Positions 15,533 to 23,231 of a stretch of 23,231 bases of DNA are shown here, one piece after another. Positions within the stretch are counted from its first letter, which is position 1, and every line of letters starts with the position of its first letter. The DNA is from an uncultured archaeon (lineage in GTDB: Archaea; Asgardarchaeota; Jordiarchaeia; Jordiarchaeales; Jordiarchaeaceae). The DNA is taken from assembly GCA_964510585.1 (NCBI GenBank), contig CAZECW010000022.1, positions 1-23,231 of the forward strand, in the 5' to 3' direction. Under the pieces are notes generated by a model, which saw only the letters and a program-made list of their open reading frames with translations, ran no database searches and was not told the origin of the DNA. Made by a program: the position numbers and the translations under genes.

Positions 15533-16477
15533 TCATATTTTCAGTATTTTCTTGGCGTTCTCTCCCAGTATTAGTCGGGTTTCTTCCCCGCTGAACTTCA
15601 AGCCATACCTTTTCCCATTTTTTGGAAGGTTTTTAATCCAATTAACCCATTCTTCCAGTTTCATCATGGAGTTAGCGTATGGCCAATCACTGCCAAAAAG
15701 TATCCTATTTTTGAAGGGAACAGCAAAGGTGAGCGGTAAATCCATAAGCATCCTTAGATTATTAAGCAGTATCTGGGGGGCTCCGCGTGCCAACATCTGA
15801 CCCGTAAATGAAATCTCGGTGTGAATTCCCGACTTAAGAGAGCCTATTTCTGCCAGTGTGGGGGCTCCGCTTATTCCACCCATGTGGGCTGCCACTATTC
15901 TCAAATCTGGGAAAGCTGTTTGGACATCGTCAAGATACATTGGGTTATTGTATTTAACTTCGAAGGGAATGAAGATTAAGCCGCAGTGGCAGAGTAGTGG
16001 AACACCCAACTCTACGCACTTCTTATAGAGGGGAAAGCAAACTGGATCGTTAGGATAGTAGCCTGCGTCGGGGTGAAACTTGAGTCCCTTCATTCCCCAC
16101 TCTGTGACACCTTTTTCAAGTAGTTCAACTGCCTTATCTCCCCTTCTTGGGTCAACCCCCACAAAGGCGATAAGCCTGTCGGGATATTCATCCGCTGCCC
16201 TTGCATGGTACCTATTTTGCTCCTCTATTGACATTTTCGCTTTACCCACCTTTAACTCGAAGTCAACTGGCATAATCACCGCTTTATCTACTCCCGCTTT
16301 ATCCATGTCTTCCACAATGGTGCTGGCATCTTTTTTCCAAAATTCGGGCATCATGTCTCTAAGCACTTTTTCCTTGGAGATACCCAGATTCAGGGAGAGA
16401 GATTGGGCTATAAGCTCCCAGTAAATGTCGGGATAAAAATCTTTGTGGCTTAAATGGCAATGCATATCCACTATCAC
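15533..16477 (-). CDS. Amidohydrolase_2 family metal-dependent hydrolase/decarboxylase
   Basis: IVDMHCH, GMKGLKFHP, LLCHCG, VAAHMGG and ILFGSDWP motifs; GTG start after GGAGG. Confidence 0.88.
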   Translation of the reverse strand: MIVDMHCHLSHKDFYPDIYWELIAQSLSLNLGISKEKVLRDMMPEFWKKDASTIVEDMDKAGVDKAVIMPVDFELKVGKAKMSIEEQNRYHARAADEYPDRLIAFVGVDPRRGDKAVELLEKGVTEWGMKGLKFHPDAGYYPNDPVCFPLYKKCVELGVPLLCHCGLIFIPFEVKYNNPMYLDDVQTAFPDLRIVAAHMGGISGAPTLAEIGSLKSGIHTEISFTGQMLARGAPQILLNNLRMLMDLPLTFAVPFKNRILFGSDWPYANSMMKLEEWVNWIKNLPKNGKRYGLKFSGEETRLILGENAKKILKI

Positions 16478-16609
16478 TAATAGGCCTCCTTCGTTAAATA
16501 CGATTTCTTCTCACCCATTTATAACCGAATACATTATATGTTTGAATGTGGATAATTGGAACATTATTAGTTTTCAAGTTCTATTTTAGGTTTTCGTGAG
16601 GTTTGAAGT

Positions 16610-17446
16610 ATGAAAATTACCCATAAAGAAGGAAAATTTGATGGGAAAGGCAAAATAAAACTATACTACCAATTCTGGAAACCAGAGAATGTTAGGGCAG
16701 TGATTGTGGCGGCGCATGGTTTGGCTGAGTACTCTGGTAGATATACTCATGTGGCTGAGCACTTCGCCAATGAGGGAATCGCATTCTACGCGTTAGATCA
16801 TAGGGGGCACGGTCTTTCTGAAGGTGTTCGCGGACACGTAGATAGTTTCGATGACTACTTGGAAGATTTGGACACCTTCATTGATATGGTTAAAAAAAGT
16901 GAAAAAGGAAAAAAGACTATTCTCCTCGGTCACAGTATGGGCGGAACAATAGCTATAGCATACGCTCTAAAAAACCCAAATAAAATAGATGGCCTGATTC
17001 TGTCATCACCAGGATTAAAACTCGCCAGCGAGTTAGACCCAGAAATTGTAAAATCAATATTGGAGCTCTCAAAGAGCAACCCCACTCAGGAGCTACCAAA
17101 CCAAATAGACCCAAACAACCTCTCACACGATAAACAAGTATGCGAAAAGTATGACAAAGACCCACTAGTCTTTAAAACCATCACAGCCAGATTCGCAGTT
17201 GAATTCTTCACCACCATGGAGACGCTTCTTAAGAATGCGGATAAACTCAAGGTTCCCACGCTGCTTTTAGTCGCCGGAGAGGATAAACTGGTAAGCCCCG
17301 AGGGAAGCAAGGAGTTCGCCAAGAAAGTGAAGGAAAAAGACTTCAAAATGAAAATCTATGATGGATTCTACCATGAACTTTTCAACGAAGTTGAAAAAGA
17401 AAAAGTTTTCAAAGACATAGACAATTGGCTGAAAAAAAGAATCTAA
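16610..17446 (+). CDS. Alpha/beta hydrolase, lysophospholipase/monoacylglycerol lipase family
   Basis: HGLAEYSGRY, DHRGHGLS, GHSMGG (nucleophile Ser), GEDKLV (Asp) and YHELFNE (His). Confidence 0.9.
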   Translation: MKITHKEGKFDGKGKIKLYYQFWKPENVRAVIVAAHGLAEYSGRYTHVAEHFANEGIAFYALDHRGHGLSEGVRGHVDSFDDYLEDLDTFIDMVKKSEKGKKTILLGHSMGGTIAIAYALKNPNKIDGLILSSPGLKLASELDPEIVKSILELSKSNPTQELPNQIDPNNLSHDKQVCEKYDKDPLVFKTITARFAVEFFTTMETLLKNADKLKVPTLLLVAGEDKLVSPEGSKEFAKKVKEKDFKMKIYDGFYHELFNEVEKEKVFKDIDNWLKKRI

Positions 17447-17669
17447 ACAAAAATCATAAATCCAAACTTCCGAGCCTTAATTTCTCCTTTCTCTTTTTTG
17501 TAGAATTCTCAAGTAGGCGGGGAGCTGCAAGCCTCAACCGAAAAATTTTCTTGAAACCTCTAACCAGTGCAAAAGAAATAGGCAGCAACTTAAAAAGCAA
17601 AAATTCACAAATTTGGGATGCGGACATGAAGATTTTTTAAACACTTTACTCAACATAATTCTGATAATT

Positions 17670-18626
17670 ATGTTTGGAGAAATTGAGGCGGCAACGAAAA
17701 GACTTAAACCAGTAGTCAATCATACGCCAGTAATGACTAGTCGTACTCTCGATGCCTTGACTGGAGGACGTATTTTTCTAAAGTGTGAGAATTTTCAGCG
17801 TGTTGGCGCCTTCAAGTTTCGTGGAGCTTACAACGCCATAAGTCAACTAACTCCTGAAGAAAAGCAAAGGGGCGTTATTGCCCACTCATCCGGCAACCAT
17901 GCACAAGCTGTAGCTCTGGCGGCAAAGCTCTTGGGTATAAAAGCAGTAATCGTTATGCCCAAAAACACTTCCCCCGTAAAAATGGCTGCTACACGGGGCT
18001 ACGGAGCAGAAATAGTCTTATCTAGCAATAAGCCCACCGACAGGGAAGAAAAGGCTAAACGCCTAAGCACCGAACACGGCTACGCACTTATTCATCCCTA
18101 TGATGATTTAAACGTAATTTATGGAGCTGGAACTGCTGCATATGAACTAATAGAAGATGTAGGCCCACTAGACTTTGTCTTTGCACCAGTGGGTGGTGGA
18201 GGATTGTTGAGCGGGACATCCATTGCAGTAAAAGGACTATGTCCGGAGGCGAAAGTAATAGGTGTTGAACCCAAAAATGCTGATGATGCCTACCACTCTT
18301 TTAAAACAGGTAAACTCATTACCTCAACTAACCCCCAAACAATCGCGGACGGGCTCAGAACCTCATTGGGAAAAAACACCTTCAAGATTATAAGAGAAAA
18401 CGTTGATGACATAATAACCGTAACTGAGAAACAAATAATTGAAGCCATGAAATTCCTATGGGAACGAATGAAACTCGTGGCTGAGCCTTCAGGCGCAGTT
18501 TCACTAGCCGGCCTACTATACGGAGGCCTCAAGGTCAAAGAGAAAAAAGTAGGAATAATAATCAGCGGTGGGAATATAGACCTCACAAATTTCTTCAAAC
18601 TCCTAGAGCAAAAAATAAAGAGTTAA
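17670..18626 (+). CDS. PLP-dependent serine/threonine dehydratase (serine racemase / hydroxyaspartate ammonia-lyase-like, no regulatory domain)
   Basis: KCENFQRVGAFKFRGA (PLP Lys), SSGNHAQ, PVGGGGLLSG, EPSGA and SGGN motifs; start taken at ATG 17670. Confidence 0.9.
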   Translation: MFGEIEAATKRLKPVVNHTPVMTSRTLDALTGGRIFLKCENFQRVGAFKFRGAYNAISQLTPEEKQRGVIAHSSGNHAQAVALAAKLLGIKAVIVMPKNTSPVKMAATRGYGAEIVLSSNKPTDREEKAKRLSTEHGYALIHPYDDLNVIYGAGTAAYELIEDVGPLDFVFAPVGGGGLLSGTSIAVKGLCPEAKVIGVEPKNADDAYHSFKTGKLITSTNPQTIADGLRTSLGKNTFKIIRENVDDIITVTEKQIIEAMKFLWERMKLVAEPSGAVSLAGLLYGGLKVKEKKVGIIISGGNIDLTNFFKLLEQKIKS

Positions 18627-18732
18627 CCCCACATTTTTTGAATATTTTTGCGTCACCGTTAAAAATCACCTTACTCTATATCTTAAGAAAGGTCCAGTTT
18701 TTCAAAGACACTTTTTTCAGGGTGATTATTAA

Positions 18733-19698
18733 ATGGGCGAGCTTAGATATAATCCAGTTCTTGGCGAGTGGATTATCGTTTCGGGCAAGAGAAAGGAGCG
18801 CCCCTTGCTGCCAAGTGGTGTTTGCCCCTTCTGTCCCGGGTCTCCTGAGGTCCCCTCAGCTGACTGGGATGTTCTAAGTCTTCCTAACAAGTTTCCCTCA
18901 CTTGTTCCCGAACCTGACGCGCCTGAGACTGGGGGAAACGACTTTTACCGTGTAGCTCCCGCCCAAGGGGTCTGCGAAGTGGTTCTCTACACTCCAGAAC
19001 ATAATAAAACTTTAGCGGGCTTGAGCGTTTCCCATATAAGGAAGATAGTTGACCACTGGGCATACAGATACACCGAGCTGGGACAGAGAGACTATGTAAA
19101 GTACGTTTTCATATTTGAAAACAAGGGGAGAGTCATCGGGGTGACCTTAGACCATCCACACGGCCAAATCTATGCGTTCCCCTTCATTCCTCCCAGAATT
19201 GAGAGAGAGTTGGAGTCGAGTAAAAATTTCTATGATAAGAGTAAGGATTGCTTATTCTGCAAGATTACCGAGCGGGAAAAAAGGGACAAAGTTAGGGTGA
19301 TTATGGAAAACGATGACCACATTGCGTTTCTACCCTTTTATGCCAGGTGGCCCTTCGGTGTACACATTCACACTAAGAGGCATGTTCAAAGCCTCCCGCA
19401 GCTAACTGGTGGAGAGAGGGATAGTCTGGCTCAGATTCTGAAGGACTTATTAATGACTTTCGATAAGCTTTTTGATTTTAGCTTTCCCTACATCATGGCC
19501 CTGCATCAGAAGCCCACAGACGGAAGCAACTATGAATATTACCATTTCCATATTGAATTCTCGTCGCCAGTCAGGGAAAAAGAGAAACTGAAATTTTTCG
19601 CCGGAGTAGAAGAGTCCATGGGCACAGTGACGTTTGACTATCGCCCAGAGGATAAGGCTCAAGAGTTAAGGAAGGCTTACTCAAAAATCAAGCACTGA
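18733..19698 (+). CDS. galT: Galactose-1-phosphate uridylyltransferase
   Basis: ELRYNPVLGEW, CPFCPG, NKFP, FENKG..IG..LDHPHGQ (HxHxQ) and YHFHIEF motifs. Confidence 0.93.
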   Translation: MGELRYNPVLGEWIIVSGKRKERPLLPSGVCPFCPGSPEVPSADWDVLSLPNKFPSLVPEPDAPETGGNDFYRVAPAQGVCEVVLYTPEHNKTLAGLSVSHIRKIVDHWAYRYTELGQRDYVKYVFIFENKGRVIGVTLDHPHGQIYAFPFIPPRIERELESSKNFYDKSKDCLFCKITEREKRDKVRVIMENDDHIAFLPFYARWPFGVHIHTKRHVQSLPQLTGGERDSLAQILKDLLMTFDKLFDFSFPYIMALHQKPTDGSNYEYYHFHIEFSSPVREKEKLKFFAGVEESMGTVTFDYRPEDKAQELRKAYSKIKH

Positions 19699-19740
19699 AC
19701 AAGCCAATCAAAAAACTTTTTTGAACAGAAAATAATTTTA

Positions 19741-20220
19741 TCATTTTTCTTTGACGGTGTTACCGTTTTGGCTTATTTTCCTCCTTATCTTTTCGACTAG
19801 AATATCTGCTATTTCCTCAATTATAGGCTCAGTGCACAGTATCTCAACATTTGCTACCTGCTTTTTCACTTTCTCAAGTATCTCGGGAATATCTTTTTCG
19901 GTGTGTTTGCAACGTGTCAAAAACAGAGGAACCACAACTATTTTGTTAAACCCTTCGCCGGCTAGCTGATTTATGGTTTCGGGAATGCTTGGCGAGCAAA
20001 ATTCTGAGAAACCCACCTTCACCTCTAAGCCTGTTTTATCCTTCACCTTCTCCGCGAGTTTCTCGCTATCCAACTTATGAGGATCATTTATTTTCCCAGT
20101 GTTCCTTGGCAGTTTTCTAACAATATCTGATATTTTTTCCATGATTTGTTCTGCTTGCCCCATTTCATAGTCTAATGGCGTGTCTCCGTGGGCAGCTATA
20201 ACAACTCCAACCTTCTTCAT
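19741..20220 (-). CDS. CbiX/SirB-family class II chelatase (short form)
   Basis: VIAAHG, GFSEFCSPSI and VVVPLFLTRCKHTEKDIP motifs (two His ligands); ATG 20220 follows AGGTGAG. Confidence 0.78.
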   Translation of the reverse strand: MKKVGVVIAAHGDTPLDYEMGQAEQIMEKISDIVRKLPRNTGKINDPHKLDSEKLAEKVKDKTGLEVKVGFSEFCSPSIPETINQLAGEGFNKIVVVPLFLTRCKHTEKDIPEILEKVKKQVANVEILCTEPIIEEIADILVEKIRRKISQNGNTVKEK

Positions 20221-20300
20221 CTTTCTCACCTTTAAACTAGTGATTCTGAGTCTCTTATGAAAGACAAATTTTATAATCCAGAAAGACGCCTTCTAGTATT

Positions 20301-21608
20301 ATGATACAAAAGGCATTGGAAAACTACATGCATAAATTTATTGTGGATATCTGCAAAGAAATTGGGCCACGAGAATCGGGCTCAAAGGAAGAGGAACTCG
20401 CAGGAAACAGGGTGGAAGAGGAACTGAAAAAATTCTGTGATAAAACACACCAAGAAGAATTCATCAGCAGCCCCACAGCTTTTCTGGGCTTCATCAGGTA
20501 CGGTTCAATAATGATAATTTGTGGAATCATCCTCTACTGGTTATCCCTCTTAACTGATCTAGGATGGCTTCAAATTGGCACCAATCCCATCGATTTGGTT
20601 TTAATCGGCCTGGGACTAGCGCGAGGCAGTTCCCTTGGCTTGGTTCTCTCACTAATTGCCAGCATACTTGCGGTTTTTGCAGTTAGCTACTTCATTCTAG
20701 AAGTGATGCGCTACAGAGAACTAGTGGACTTTATGTTCCCCAAAAAGAGGTCCAAAAACATCATTGGAACAATAAATCCCACTGGCAAAGTTAAACACAC
20801 CATAATTTTTGCCGGCCACCACGATTCAGCCTACGAATTTAACATATTTTACTACCTAAAGACAATAGGTAGTTTAACAATCTTCATAGGCTACCTTGGA
20901 GTAGTAATCTTTAGCATCGTTAGCGTTTTGAAAACAATCTTTTATTTCCTCCCCCTCAACTTAACCCTAGTCTTTTTCTGGTTCGGAATTTTCTTCCTGT
21001 TCCTAACTCCCATCGCAGCCATCTACATTTTCTTCCACAGCTATAAACCAGTACCAGGAGCCTTCGACAACCTATCCGGAGTGGCCGTGGTGCTAGGAAT
21101 AGGCAAATACTTATCCGAAAATAAGAACAATCCAAAAATATATCCCAAAAACACTCGCATCCATCTAATCTCATTTGCCGGTGAGGAAGCTGGACTACGG
21201 GGATCCAAACGCTACGTTAAAGCCCACTATGAGGAATTAAAGAAAAATAACACTATTTTAATAAACATGGATGGCATAGCAGCAAAGGACTCCGCCGTTA
21301 TATTTGAGAAAGAAACACTAATAGGCGCAAAACACAACCCCGAATTATGCAACACTTTATTAAAAATTGCTCAGGAACAAGGCATAAATGCCCGCCTAGG
21401 AGCTTTACCCTTCGGAGCAACAGACGCCGCAGCCTTCAGCCGCAAAAAACTGCCAGCAACAACAATCGGATCCCACGAACTAAAAGGAAGGCTACCCGAA
21501 TTCTACCACACAAGACTTGACACCCCCGAAGTAGTGGACAAAGAAGCCCTAGGACAAATACTACAAATCTGCCTAGGATACATAAAATACATCGACAATT
21601 TAACTTAA
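20301..21608 (+). CDS. Membrane-embedded M28-family metallopeptidase
   Basis: AGHHDSA, GAFDNLSGVA, GEEAGLRGS, INMDG and YHTRLD zinc-binding motifs, with about four hydrophobic segments inserted. Confidence 0.82.
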   Translation: MIQKALENYMHKFIVDICKEIGPRESGSKEEELAGNRVEEELKKFCDKTHQEEFISSPTAFLGFIRYGSIMIICGIILYWLSLLTDLGWLQIGTNPIDLVLIGLGLARGSSLGLVLSLIASILAVFAVSYFILEVMRYRELVDFMFPKKRSKNIIGTINPTGKVKHTIIFAGHHDSAYEFNIFYYLKTIGSLTIFIGYLGVVIFSIVSVLKTIFYFLPLNLTLVFFWFGIFFLFLTPIAAIYIFFHSYKPVPGAFDNLSGVAVVLGIGKYLSENKNNPKIYPKNTRIHLISFAGEEAGLRGSKRYVKAHYEELKKNNTILINMDGIAAKDSAVIFEKETLIGAKHNPELCNTLLKIAQEQGINARLGALPFGATDAAAFSRKKLPATTIGSHELKGRLPEFYHTRLDTPEVVDKEALGQILQICLGYIKYIDNLT

Positions 21609-21670
21609 CACATAACACTTACCTTTTTTTATAAAAAAGAATAAATTCCCACAACTGGAGGTTACCGAAA

Positions 21671-22918
21671 ATGGTTAAACCGAAAAATAAGTCCCAGACA
21701 CAACCAGTTTTTCCACAATACAAAGGAGTCGAAGAGCTAATCCCCCAAGTCTACTCCATAACCACGTTCGGAAATGTAGGCTTCATTGTCACAGAGGAGG
21801 GAGTAGTGGTTGTGGACACAGCTGTACACCAGTTTGGGGAAATAATTAGAAACGATATTCGCAAGGTTACTGACGCCCCCATTCATTCAATTATCTACAC
21901 CCACGGACACTATGACCACGCTTTTGGTGTTTGGGCTCTGCTAAAAGACGCTGAGGAACGAGGAGACCCTAAACCTAGAATCATCGCCCATGAAAACGTG
22001 GTTAAACGCTTTAACCGTTACCGGAAACTGCAGGGTCAACAGGAATTCATTAACCGCATTCAGTTCAGCGTCCCCGAAGGGACAAGCGCCGTACCCAAAG
22101 AATATCACTACCCGGACCTAACATATCACGACCGCTTAAGCTTTCGGCTCGGCGGCTTAACCTTTGAATTACGGTTTGGGATGGGAGAAACAGACGATGC
22201 CACCTGGATTTGGATTCCCGAGAAAAAAGTCGTCTTCTCAGGAGATTTTCTCTTGTGGTCCTTTCCCAATTTGGGTAATCCCTTCAAGGTTCAACGCTAC
22301 GAAACTGAATGGGCGGACGCCCTAGAACAAATGGCTTCACTCCACCCCCAAATTCTAGTACCGGGACACGGACCAGTCATTCGCGGCGAAAAAATTCAAA
22401 AAGTTTGCCTCAACACCGCCCGAGCCCTACGCTACCTCCACGAAGAAGTTGTGAAACGCTTAAACAAGGGTGCCTGGATTGAGCAGATACTAGAAGAGGT
22501 GCAACTCCCTGAAGAATTAGCCAAAAAATCCTATTTAGCCCCAATTTATGGATGCCCCACATTCGCCATCCACGCTATATACAGACGTTATGCAGGCTGG
22601 TACGACGGCAACCCCTCCCACCTATTTCCCTCAAAGACCGCAGACATCGCCAAAGAAGTTGTAAAACTAACTGGAACAGAAGCATTACTTAACCGAGCTA
22701 AGGAACTAAGAAAAGCTGGAGAAATACAATTAGCACTCCACCTAGTAGACTTCATAATATACAATCCCGAAACTGCAGGTTTAAAGGAGGCTCATGAACT
22801 AAAAGCAGAATTGCTCCAAGCCAAGGCTGAGCAGACAACAAGTTTCATCGCTCGTAACATCTTCTTGAATGGTGCTCGTCGGGAGCGTCATTTTACCCGC
22901 GAAGCAAAGTACCCCTAA
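21671..22918 (+). CDS. Metallo-beta-lactamase-fold alkyl/aryl sulfatase family protein
   Basis: YTHGHYDHAFG, GETDD, FPNLGNP, PGHG and IYRRYAGWYDGNP motifs of the SdsA/Pisa1-like family; no C-terminal SCP2 domain. Confidence 0.85.
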   Translation: MVKPKNKSQTQPVFPQYKGVEELIPQVYSITTFGNVGFIVTEEGVVVVDTAVHQFGEIIRNDIRKVTDAPIHSIIYTHGHYDHAFGVWALLKDAEERGDPKPRIIAHENVVKRFNRYRKLQGQQEFINRIQFSVPEGTSAVPKEYHYPDLTYHDRLSFRLGGLTFELRFGMGETDDATWIWIPEKKVVFSGDFLLWSFPNLGNPFKVQRYETEWADALEQMASLHPQILVPGHGPVIRGEKIQKVCLNTARALRYLHEEVVKRLNKGAWIEQILEEVQLPEELAKKSYLAPIYGCPTFAIHAIYRRYAGWYDGNPSHLFPSKTADIAKEVVKLTGTEALLNRAKELRKAGEIQLALHLVDFIIYNPETAGLKEAHELKAELLQAKAEQTTSFIARNIFLNGARRERHFTREAKYP

Positions 22919-23231
22919 GTAATAAAAATAGTAAGACATATATACTAATAAAATTAATTTAAACAATCTAAAAACATTATATGGGCGTAAAAAGTCTTTT
23001 GTGCAATTTTAACCGAAAGGTTGGAGTGTTGCTTCATCGTAAGTAACAATAGTGATAAAAATGATAGAGGCAACACTCCAAACTGTTACTCTCATTCTAC
23101 CCATTTATGCTTTACTGACCATCCTGATAATAACCCACACCAGAAGAGAACAAAGCATAACCCTCCCCCACCACCGCTGGGGAAAACCCCGCCGAAAAAA
23201 CAAGACCAGACGCAGAAGAACCCACATACGC

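Noticed and set aside
386-21618. Numerous short antisense or alternate-frame ORFs in the six-frame track
   Set aside because: They are shadows of well-supported genes, favoured by the strong compositional skew, and carry no motifs.
23061-23231. Open frame from ATG 23061 to the window end with a hydrophobic N-terminus
   Set aside because: It is truncated and low-complexity, several frames on both strands are open in skewed DNA, and there is no recognisable homology.

Overview
Archaeal genomic window: archaeal-type GGTGA/GGAGG ribosome-binding sites and genes for FwdD/FwdA, a THUMP protein, a COG1340-like coiled-coil protein and archaeal QueD/QueE. The gene content would fit an Asgard or Bathyarchaeia-like anaerobe, but that placement is inference. 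About 22 ordinary housekeeping and metabolic CDSs are present: rlmE, acyl-CoA ligase alpha, queD, fwdD/fwdA-like, acyl-CoA dehydrogenase, two amidohydrolases, two corrinoid-protein/UroD-MtaA-family pairs, a lipase-like hydrolase, a PLP dehydratase, galT, a CbiX-like chelatase, a membrane M28 peptidase and an alkyl-sulfatase-like MBL hydrolase. The standout is queE (minus strand, about 5008..4118). The ORF track shows only its 3' 201 aa. The missing 5' part, including the radical-SAM cysteine motif, is present but interrupted by three tiny insertions of 24, 30 and 27 nt (4937..4960, 4858..4887, 4763..4789). Each folds with its flanks into a bulge-helix-bulge (BHB)-type structure, starts with A, ends with AA and sits in a conserved motif; two carry in-frame TAG stops. 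Removing them at the BHB-predicted cut sites restores ...FSSYQ|GEGGSVSGSCYGKRQI(F|)ARFAGCNL...CRWCD|SP.... This looks like a multi-intron archaeal protein-coding gene spliced by the tRNA splicing endonuclease. A weaker fourth intron candidate (4806..4829) would also restore a canonical CX3CX2C motif. A second unusual feature is kb-scale A/C-rich versus G/T-rich strand domains that switch in the middle of genes. No splicing has been demonstrated; it is inferred from sequence and structure only.
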